From NCBI GenBank assembly GCA_025594325.1, contig JANHCV010000007.1, forward strand, positions 806,001 through 870,000: 64,000 nt of DNA, read 5' to 3'. Position 1 is the first letter of the stretch. The number at the start of each line of letters is the position of its first letter. Origin of the DNA: Blastocladiella emersonii ATCC 22665 (Eukaryota > Fungi > Blastocladiomycota). The translations under genes and the position numbers were made by a program. Shown here piece after piece: positions 35,701 to 45,383 of this stretch. The notes beneath the pieces are model-generated. The model saw nothing but the letters and a program-made list of their open reading frames with translations. It had not been told where the DNA came from and did not search any database.

Positions 35701-36243
35701 ATGAACGTCAACTTCCTCACCAACACGACCACCACCAGGGACTACACCACCGCCGACGGCCGCGACGATGAACGCGCGACAAGCGGCTGTTCTGCGGCAG
35801 CAGGCTCCGTCATCGCCTCGGCCGTTGTCGAGTCCATGGCCGCGGGACCAGTTGCGCTCTCTCGGCGCGTCGACGGCAAGCACAACACGGCGGCTGTGGT
35901 TCAAGGTCATGCGGCGGTCGACGACGCAGTCCCGCCGCTCATTCCAGCCACGCACAAGGTGCCAGCAGAGGAGACCAAAGCCTTCGTCCGGCTCGGCGCG
36001 TCCTCGGCTGGCGGCGATTCTTTGCGCGCGCACGGCGGCGATCTTGGCACAGCTTGCGACAGCCTGCTCGGTGATCTCCTCGCCTTAGCCCAGCATCAGC
36101 TCGATGCCCATCACCACGACACTGGCCGCGTGCACGGCATCTCGGGCACGCACATGATGTTCGACGCGACGTCCCTTCCCGCCACCTCGGCGACGGCCGA
36201 CCAGGGTTTCGACTCCATGCGTCCCTACAATGAGATCAACTGA
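35701..36243 (+). CDS. Orphan ORF (180 aa)
   Basis: ATG-to-TGA ORF with fairly host-like codon usage in the lower-GC island. No family recognised. Confidence 0.35.
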   Translation: MNVNFLTNTTTTRDYTTADGRDDERATSGCSAAAGSVIASAVVESMAAGPVALSRRVDGKHNTAAVVQGHAAVDDAVPPLIPATHKVPAEETKAFVRLGASSAGGDSLRAHGGDLGTACDSLLGDLLALAQHQLDAHHHDTGRVHGISGTHMMFDATSLPATSATADQGFDSMRPYNEIN

Positions 36244-36680
36244 CAGTCAGCAGCGAGGACTCGAAGATTCGCGCGTCAGGTCGCCGCGGCCCAGTCCTAT
36301 TGTCCAACCCGAATGTTCCTCTTTGTGAGCATGCTGAGACCCCACATACCTCCCGATTGAAAGTGATAATCAAAACGCCCTGTACTATTTCCTTCGTCAC
36401 GCTATGCCAGAAGAGGGAGGACATGACCAGATTGCAGCCCATGAGTTGTGTCTTTCGATGCGTTGATTCGACCTTAAGATACTGGGTTGAACGGTTCCTA
36501 ATATCCCACGCATCAGGGATAAGGGCAGCGGGAACCTCCCGCGGCTGGGCGTGCAACGAGGACGCGTTGCGCCACCGCGTGATTGGCTGAAACACGGCAA
36601 CCCCGCTCGCTGCGCATCACCGCTGACGTTGCGACTCTCCCGATGCAAGACACTCCCGAAGCAATCTGAACAAGAAAACC

Positions 36681-37721
36681 ATGGAACCTTATGAAATGCC
36701 GCTGGTCCGACGCAGCAAGCGTCTCCTCGGTGCCTCCGCCGCCGTCGTGACACCTTCGGAGCCAGCCGTTCCTCGCACGCCGCGGCCGCGCCTGCGGGCC
36801 AAGGCAGTCCGTTCGAGCGCGGAGAGTGCCTTGGTTGCCGAATGGACCGACCAGCTAACCGCTTCCGGCGTTGAGCTCGGGTCGGACTCACGGGTGAGCG
36901 GCCATGATGTCGATGAAGAAGAATGTGGAGAGGGCGAAGTTGGGCCCGCTCGCGGTCATGACGATGAGGAGAAGTGGGATGCATCCGACGCCGAGGCTGA
37001 GGATAACGACGAAGGAGAACTCAGCGACCACGGGTGCGTTTGACGCCGTGTGCGCGAACATGGGGCGGTACTCGCCCGACTCGATCCGCACTCGAGTTCA
37101 ACCTGCACTGGATTCTCACACCGCCGACGGAGGACAGCTCGCCGCGTGGTGTGCATCCGTTCCTCAAACTGGTTGTCGAGCGAGCCATGACTTGGCAGGG
37201 CGGTACGTGTGCCTCGCGCGCCATTGTTGCCAGTCCCTCGCTGACCCCTGCTCTCGCGTCGGCAGGTAACGGCTTCGTCGAGGTCAAGGCGTACCTCCAG
37301 CGGCTCAAGGCGCGCATGGCTCGGAACAGCGCTGACGCTGACATCAAAATCATCACGCTCGATCAAGTCGCGCCAATGATCGTGCTCACGCTTGCCACTG
37401 TGGTACGGTTTTGCTTTTCACGTACGTGCATGATTGTCAAAAGCTCAGGCGGACATCCCGTAGGCGAGCCTTGGCATTGCGCGGCACCTCGGCCTCACCG
37501 GCGTTCCTCTTCCGCCCCTCAAGAAGCTCTACATCGAGGCGCTCGAATCGCTCGTCAGCAAGGACGACGCGATTTTCGGGGCGAAGTTTGTTGAAGACTC
37601 GCGCGCGCTTGTTGCCAAACTGAACCACGGACATGGTATACCGGTCGCCGACATGGATGACGTCCGTCGCGACTCACGCTCGGGGCTGCCGCTCGCGGCG
37701 TTCCTTGGGAACGAGAAGTGA
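36681..37721 (+). CDS. Orphan multi-exon gene with acidic N-terminal region
   Basis: Kozak-like ACCATGG start. Canonical introns 37203-37265 (63 nt, GTACGT..GCTGAC..CAG) and 37403-37463 (GTACGG..TAG) give a continuous frame ending ...LKKLYIEALESLVSKDDAIFGAKFVEDSRALVAKLNHG..NEK*. The first intron near 37033 is uncertain. Confidence 0.55.
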
Positions 37722-38307
37722 TCCTGGAGCGGACGCGTTGTATGAATACCATATGGTTTTGAAGATCCTTCTCCGGTTCTTATATCTGTCTATGTGCGCG
37801 GTGTACTCGATCGAGTTTAGTCTCACCACTTCGCGAGGCGGAGTGTGAGTGGTGGGTCGAAGACGCGTTGCGCCACACGCGACAAGTTCGCGTGCTCAAG
37901 CACCATCAGTTGAGAGATCACGACGCGCTCTCAATCTCCGACAACCGATGCAACCGACGCTCCGCCTCGAGCTTCTCTGCGATCACGACTATACTGAAAG
38001 GAGCGGCCTGTTTCGGGCTCGCTTACTACGCGACGTACGACAAGTTGCGTTGATTGCATAACTTTGTTGTGACATGCGGAGTGGATATCAATATGTACAA
38101 GGTGGGAGTGGTAGGATGCAGGAGCAGAGAAATGAAAAAGGGAGGAGAATGGTACAGGAGCAGACAATTGGTCAAAGCAAGAAAGCAAAGTGCAATCGCC
38201 ACATGCGGCGGCGAGTGGAAAAGTACAGCTCGGACCGCGAGGCCTTACGACGCGGTCCCCAGAAACGGGTATTGATAGGTCGACGACGGGTGCAGCTGAA
38301 GCGCTTC

Positions 38308-38802
38308 TCACTTGCGGTGGCCGAAGCGGACCAGCTTCGACCCGACCGGGAAGAGCAGGTCGCCAAAGTCCGGGAACGCGAGCCAGGCGGTGGCGAGCGG
38401 GTCGAAGTCGTGGCCCTGAGCGTCGAAAAGCTCGAGCGAGATGGGGTTGGCGGTCGACGCGCCCGTGGACTGCGACAGATCGCCGCCGGGAACTGCAACT
38501 GCAGCGTGAGCACCGTCGTCGCCGAAATAGTAGACATGGCCGAGGCCGACCGCCGAGAACACGTCGTAGTGGGTCCAGTTGCCGCCGGTCACCGTAGCCG
38601 TTGTGGGTGTGGTAGTCGTGGTCGACGCGAGCGCGGTCGTCGCGGTCGTCGCGGTCGTCGCGGCCACCACCACCTTGGTATTCATGCCATCTTGATCAGC
38701 GGTGACAGGGACCGCGACGTCGTCCTTGGACGCGAGCCGGGTCGACTTGGAGCGGCCCTCGCCGTTGGCGGCCGCGACGGGCTTGTGCACAAGTTGGTGC
38801 AT
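38308..38802 (-). CDS. Orphan ORF with Thr-rich linker and possible hemopexin-like blades; may be truncated by a premature TGA
   Basis: ACCATG start, upstream TATAAA (38884-38879), host-like codons. The frame continues 19 codons past the TGA to a TAA at 38245. Confidence 0.4.
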   Translation of the reverse strand: MHQLVHKPVAAANGEGRSKSTRLASKDDVAVPVTADQDGMNTKVVVAATTATTATTALASTTTTTPTTATVTGGNWTHYDVFSAVGLGHVYYFGDDGAHAAVAVPGGDLSQSTGASTANPISLELFDAQGHDFDPLATAWLAFPDFGDLLFPVGSKLVRFGHRK

Positions 38803-39704
38803 GGTGGAAGTCGAGAAGATCCGTGGCCGGGAGACCCACAATGAGGGACGGGAGACGGGGGTCGGGATGATCGCCGCATTTATACGTTCTCACGGCCACG
38901 CCCTGCCCATGGTCGGCCAAAACGGGGTCAGCATCCGCGTTTAATGCAGGGCGTGCGCGGCTGCAGCGGGCCACGCGGGGCAAGTCAAAGAAGCTTCTCT
39001 GCAACACGCGGGTCCCGCGTTGCTGCCGAGCGGAACCGGGAAGGCGCCTCGAGGGAAATCAGCGGAACAGTACACCTCCAACAAACGTAGATCAGTGTCG
39101 TGCTCAGCTCGCCTCGACTTTCAACGTCACCTAACAGTTGGTGCTGGGGGCGTGTGGTGCCGCGTTCCATGACGCGAGGGATCTATCGTGATGCTGCGCC
39201 AACGACGAGGCCAACGACGAGGCCCAGCAAACGGAATCGAGTGTGCGGTGGGGCAGTTCCCACGTTCTCGTCACGCGGGCCAAACAAAGCCGTGTGGGTC
39301 GAGGTGTGCGGTGACCGTAGAGGAAGGTTTCAATTTGCAGCGCTGCAGTTCACCAGGTCGCGCTATTTTCTCTCGACTGCGGCTGGAGGGCCACAGTGGG
39401 GCCGCGACCGCTGATCGAGACCGGGAACTATGCGACTCGGCCTTGACCCGAAAGCCCCTGGAATAGCCGTAAGTCTAGTACATGGAAGCTTTCTGAGGCC
39501 TACTATGGGAGATGGCCGAGGGTCCTGCGGTGACTCGGGACAGGCTTGCTCGAAGCGACGCGCCGCGCCACCAACGGGTCACATGACGCGGAGTGACCAC
39601 CGACGCACTTCAGCCCACACGCGCTGCCCTCGCGCCCATCGCGCTCCGATCCGAACAGTCCGGGTTCCGCTGTGACTCGGAACCAGACACACGGAATCGA
39701 CACC

Positions 39705-42196
39705 ATGGGAGAGTATGCATCGCGCTGGAAAATGCACCAGCACCGCCTCTGGCCCAGACCGGCGGCTGACGACGGCGACCATGTCCCCGTAGACTGTCCC
39801 GCATCATCGTGAAAAACCTGCCCAAGTACGTGACGCCGGAGCGTGTGCGCGAGCAGTTCTCGGACAAGGGCACCGTGACCGATGTCAAGCTGATCAAGAC
39901 GGGCAACGGCGTGTTCCGGCGGTTCGCGTACGTCGGGTTCAAGTCGGAGCGCGAAGCGCGCGCCGCCGTCAAGCACTACCACAACACCTTCGTCGACACG
40001 GCCCGCGTCTCGGTCGAGCTCGCCAAGCCCATCGGCGACCCGTCGCTCCCGCGCGCCTGGTCAAAGTACACCAAGGGGTCGTCCGCCTACGAGAAGTCGC
40101 ACGGCGGCAGCGGCGACAAGAGCGGCGACGACGCGTCTGACGATGACGACGAGGAGGCCGCCTCCGCCAAGGCCGCCGCCGACGCCGAGCTCGCCGCCAA
40201 GCAGATGGCCGCGAAAAAGTCGTTTGTCGACGAGCTGTACGAGGAGGAGCAGAAGCGCGGCTCGCTCGCCGCGTACCTCGAGGTGTTCAAGCCGCGCGCC
40301 AACAAGGCGACGTGGCAGAACGACGACGCCTCGGGCGACGCCGCCGTCGCTGCGTCCTCGGGTAAGAAGGCCAAGGCCGGCCCCAAGACCATCGTGCAGC
40401 AGGTGCCCAACCGCAAGCCCGGTGGCCAGGGCATGACCGTCACCCGCTCGCACACCGTGTTCGAGAGCGACGATGATGACGACGAATACCAGACCATCCC
40501 CGCGGGCGGGTTCAAGGCGTCTGGTGACGACGACGAGGACGCGGAGGAGGACGCCGAGATGGACGACGCCGCCGACGCCTCGCTGAGCGGTGGCGACGAT
40601 GACGCCGAGGAGCGCGAGGACTCGCAGCCGTCGTCGGATGCCGAGCCACCAGAAGGCGACGCCGTCACCGACGCCATGGACGTGGACGAGCCCGCCCCGA
40701 AAAAGTCGTCCGCCGCCGCCGCCGCGCCACCAGCAGCAGCGACCGCGCCCGCGGTCCCAGCTGGCAAGAAGGTGGTGCCGTGGAACCCCGAGGACGTCGA
40801 GGCCGACACCAAGCTGATCGAGCAGACGGGCCGCCTGTTCGTCGTGAACCTGCCGTACTCGGTGACGGAAAAGGACCTGCTCGAGCTGTTCCAGCCTCAC
40901 GGCGCGCTAGCGGCGGTGCACATCCCCGTGCGGCGCGACACCAAGCAGGCCAAGGGCATCGCATTCGTCCAGTACGTGGACCCGGCGCACGCGCTGCTCG
41001 CGTACAAGCGGCTGCAGAGCCAGTTCTACCAGGGCCGCGTGCTGCACCTCCGCGGCGCGCAGGCCGAGATCGCGCGCGACGCGCCCACCGTCAACGAGGG
41101 CTCCTCGTTCAAGACCAAGCGCGCCGCGCAGCTCAAGGCGACCGCGGGCAAGGACTTCAACTGGAACTCGCTGTTCATGGCGTCGGATGCGGTCGCCGAC
41201 GCCATGGCGGCGCGGCTCGGCGTCAGCAAGGCGCAGATCCTCGACCGCGAGGCCAGCGACATGGCGGTCCGCCTCGCGCTCGCCGAGACCCACATCATCT
41301 CCGAGACCAAGCAGTTCTTTGCCGAGCACGGCGTCGTCCTCGACAGCTTCAACCGCCAGCTGCGGTCCGACTCAATCCTGCTCGTCAAGAACATTGCGCA
41401 CGGCGCCACCGAGCAGGACCTCGACGCCCTCGTGGCCTCGTTTGGCGACGTCGGCCGCATCCTCCTCCCGCCCAGCGGCACCGTCGCCATCGTCGAGTTC
41501 CTGAGCCCCGCCGATGCCAAGGCCGCGTTCCGCCACCTCGCCTACAAGCGGTTCAAAAGCCTCCCGCTCTACCTCGAGTGGGCGCCCAAGGACTGCTTCG
41601 AGGTCCCGTACGACCCCGAGAAGCACCGCCGCGCCGCTCCCGCCCCCGCCGCCCCTGCACCTGCTGCTGCACCGGCCGACGGTGCCGCTGCCCCCGCTCC
41701 CGCTGCCCCCGCGGCCGCCTCGACCGACGCGGCGCCACGCAAGGGCAAGAAGCGCCTGCAGTCGGCGGCGCTGATGGGCGAGGACGACGTGGACCTGACC
41801 AAGGTGGCGGGCGCGGGCGACGAGTCCAACACCAAGCTGATCGTGCGCAACGTCCCCTTCGAGGCGACCATCAAGGACCTGCGCCAGCTGTTCTCGTCGT
41901 TTGCGCACGTCAAGCACGTCCGCCTCCCGAAAAAGGTGACGGGCGGCCACCGAGGGTTCGCCTTCGCCGAGTTCCTCACGCACAACGAGGCGCTCGAGGC
42001 CATGAAGACGCTCAAGCACACGCACTTGTACGGGCGCCGCCTCGTCATCGAGTTCGCCAAGCGCGAGGAGTCGGTCGACGAGCTGCGCGAGCGCACGCGG
42101 GCGGTGACGGGTGGGGCCGCGAATAAGCGGGCCAAGGTCGATATGGGCGAGTACGAGGAGCGCGGCGGCGCGGGGAGTGATGGCGAGGACGAGTAG
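39705..42196 (+). CDS. MRD1: Multiple RNA-binding domain protein 1 (Mrd1/RBM19), 40S biogenesis
   Basis: MGE|LSRIIVKNLPKY after a GTATGC..GCTGAC..TAG intron. RRMs at RIIVKNLP, RLFVVNLPY, ILLVKNIA and KLIVRNVPFEAT. Conserved FNWNSLFM..DAV..VRLALAETHII and LYLEWAP. Confidence 0.93.
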
Positions 42197-42328
42197 CCGA
42201 GGGGTTAGAGTCTCATTATACGAACAATAGCAAAACTGTACAAACCAAATCGGCTGCAACTCGTCTGTGTGTATTCATGAGAGTGCTCTGCGCGACTCGC
42301 CCGCTCGCGCAACCCGCCGCAAAAAAGC

Positions 42329-43832
42329 TCAGTAGTGGACCTCGTCCATGGCGATGCCCTCCTTTTTGAGCTCCTCCATGAGCGGGTACACGACGGCGCG
42401 CGAGAGGGGCGCGAGGACGCCGCGCTCGTTGATCTTGCCGTCGAGGATCATCTGGGTGGTGACGGCGCAGGGGACGCCGACCGTCTTGGCCATGGCCGAC
42501 GCCTTGTCGGTGCCGTACTCGACGAGCGTCGCCGTGATCGTCTTGTGCTGCCCGTCGCGCGTCTCGACCTCGAACCGGTGCTGCAGGAACACCATGTCGC
42601 GCTCGCCCTCGGCGTACTGCATCTTGGCGTTGAGCGTCGCGCACAGCGTGTCGAGGGGCGTGCCCGACAGGGTTGCGGGGGCGGAGGCGTCGAACATGCC
42701 GATCCACCGCATGCCCGCGACGGTGCGCTTGATGGCCGCGTCGTTGCCCGCGAGCTTGGCCTTGGCGACCACGGTCGCGACGATCTCGTCGTCGGACGCG
42801 TCACCAGCGAGACCCAGGGTGCGGGTCAGGACGTCGCGCCACGAGAGCGCGGGCGCGTCCTTGGCGAGGTAGTCCTTGTGGGCGTCGTCGAGGAAGCCGA
42901 GGTCGACCATAATTTGCATGAACTCGGGGAAGCCGGTGTAGCGCAGGGTGCCGCGGATGATGGTCTGGGCCTCGGGGATGTTGTAGCGGCGGTCGTACGG
43001 CGTCGAGTCGCGGTTCGGGTACCCCTCGAAGGCGAACGCCGGGTAGCCCGTCCAGATGGGCTTGGCCGACTTGAGCAGCTGCGGCCCCGGGATCGTCGTG
43101 TGCTGGCCGTTCTCGATGAACTTGGCCTCGTTGCGCAGCGCGAGCAGCACGCCGCGCGACGACCACGAGAACTTGTAGCCCAGCGGGTTGTTGCTGCACT
43201 CGGGGGCCGGGAGACCGCCGCAGTACGACGTGAAGTGGACGATCTTGCCGCCCTCGTCGTGCACCTCCCAGATCGTCTTGAGCGCGTACAGGTGGTCGAC
43301 GCCCGGGTCGACGCCGATCTCGTTCATCACCGTGATCCCGGCCTCGACCGCGCTGGCGTGCAGCGCCGCCATGGCCGGGCTCACGTACGACGTCGTAACC
43401 ACGTGCTTGCGGTGCTGGATCGCCGCCTTGATCACGTCCGCGTGGTGCGTGTACGGGACCAGGGAGATCACAATGTCGTGCTCGGCCACCGCCGCCGACA
43501 GGGCGGAAGCGTCGGCCACGTCGAGCGCCAGCGGCGACGCGTGCGGGTGCGCCGGGCACAGCGCCTTGGCGCTCTCCATGCGGCGCGAGGCTACAGACGT
43601 GCGCGGATCGCCGTTAGCGGCGTGTGGGGAATGCTAGGACGAGGGCAGCAGCGCGTACCAACGGTCAGGCGGTTCTCGGGGCGGCGGAGCAGGTACTCGG
43701 CGCACGGGCCGGCGACGTAGCCGGAGCCGAGGAGGAGGATCTTCCTGCGAGGGGGCGAGCGAGTCGGTTGGTCAGCGTGGGGGTTGATACATCCTAGGCT
43801 CAAGCGCGGGTCGCTGCATACTTGGTCGTCAT
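42329..43832 (-). CDS. LYS9: Saccharopine dehydrogenase (NADP+, L-glutamate-forming)
   Basis: MTTK|KILLLGSGYVAGP, VISLVPYTHH, VVTTSYVSP, MNEIGVDPGVDHLYA, SYCGGLPAPE..NPLGYKFSWSSRG and MAKTVGVP. Two 5' introns. Confidence 0.95.
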
Positions 43833-44021
43833 GGTGTCAAGGTGGCGGCTGTTGGGGAGCGGGAGCAGGGACGGGACCGCTCGCCCCTTTGAAGGCTCCA
43901 ACGGTCGCGACGAAAGCGAAGAAATCGGAACGCGATTCGCGCGCACGTGACGCCACACGATTCATTCCGACGCGATCCCGGATGGCGCGGCGCGTCGATG
44001 ATCATCAGCCTGTCCATCAGC

Positions 44022-45216
44022 TAGTGTACACCACCACAATTCCCGAAAATTGTGAATGCGGACCCACAATTCGACATGCGATTGTGATTGCGGTTTGTGG
44101 AAAACCCGGAGACGACGCGAGGAACGCGCTCACGTGCAGTCATGTGAGTGCGTAAGGACGACTTGACGCGAGTGACAGGCAGAATCGGCACACGAGAGAC
44201 GGACGGAGGGATGCCACAGAAAAGAAGGTGTGTACTCATTCATCACCCGTTATCAATATCGGCGAGCTCATCAATGTCAAGCTCCATCTGGTCCTCGCGA
44301 CTGGCCGCCATGAAGGCGTCAGGATGAGGCATTTCGTCAAGCGAGACGGGGAGGGCGGCCAGATCGAAGGCCGTGGTTGACCGACGTCGAAGCGATCGAG
44401 GAGATGTTGGTGATGACGCGGTTCGCGAGGGCCGGGTGCGCGAGGCTGACGATGGGCGCCTCGAGTACCAGGAGGGCGATGGGCTTGGAGCCCGCCTCGA
44501 TGATCTGCGCCTGCTCGGCGTCCGACAGGGTCGAGAAGTCGTCCTTGACCGTGTCGCCCGAGACGAGGCCGAAGTCGGCGAGCTGGTGGTACACGTTGGC
44601 CTTGGACGGCCCGACCTCCTCAATGTCGTTGCCCGTGTCCTCGCCCGCGTCCTCCATCTCGGTGTCGCTGTCGGTCTCGATGCCGCACATCTCGTCCTCA
44701 ATCAGCGATATAGCCGCGGCCGCGACTGGCGGGGGCGCCAGCGTCGCAACGAGACGGCGAGGCTGCCGGCGGGCGCGCGAGGGCCGGCCGCCGCGCTTAC
44801 TCACCGTGCGCAAAGCATCGCCGACCACCGTGCTCCGAGAACGACGGCGAGGCCCGTCGGCGGGGAGCGCATCGGCGCTGTGTTCTGCACGCGGCGATGG
44901 TGAAGAGGACGAGCGTCGATGGTGCGCTCGACGGGCACCAATGGCGAGCGTGGACGAGCGGGCATCGCCGCGGCGGCAGCCCGAAGTCGACAGTTAGCGG
45001 CGTTGGTTGTCGGGGTTCCACGACGAGCGTGCGCTCGACTCGGGTGAGCGGCAGTGCCGCGGCAGCTGGGCGACGAGGTCAAGATGCGTCTCACGTGATC
45101 GGTTGCTAGGCCCTTCGCCCTTCACCCCACAATTCCGGCCGACAATTGTGATTGTGGCTACGTTCACTCAAATCTTTGTGTGCAATTGTGAGTTGCGATT
45201 GCGGTGGTGTACACTA
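44022..45216. mobile_element. Non-autonomous hAT-superfamily DNA transposon (1195 bp)
   Basis: TIRs TAGTGTACACCACCACAAT (44022-44040) and ATTGCGGTGGTGTACACTA (45198-45216), 18/19 identical. Perfect 8-bp TSD CCATCAGC (44014-44021 and 45217-45224). Clustered subterminal CACAAT/ATTGTG repeats at both ends. No transposase catalytic core is visible. Confidence 0.88.
44243..44828 (-). pseudogene. Frameshifted acidic coding fragment inside the hAT element (transposase tail or captured gene piece)
   Basis: Codon-biased stretch EDEMCGIETDSDTEMED..SKANVYHQLADFGL..LVLEAPIVSLAHPAL continues in another frame as FDLAALPVSLDEMPHPDAF..DELADIDNG*. Confidence 0.5.
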
Positions 45217-45383
45217 CCATCAGCATCCATCTACCCGCTCATCGGGGACCAGGAGATGGAAGCGAGAGAGCTTATCACGGCGCAGGCGCATCGCGTACGC
45301 TTGTTCAGGAGGGTGGCGCTGAACTCTCACCGGCGCGCAGTCGTGGTTGAAACAGGACAGGATTTGATTCGTCAAACCGGTCC

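Noticed and set aside
37455-37465. Apparent premature TAG in the orphan gene
   Set aside because: The TAG serves as the acceptor of a 61-nt GTACGG intron and restores the frame (TLATV|ASLGIARH), so it is not evidence of pseudogenisation.
4717-43832. Amino-acid biosynthesis cluster (STR3 + LYS9)
   Set aside because: The genes belong to different pathways and lie 36 kb apart with unrelated genes between them.
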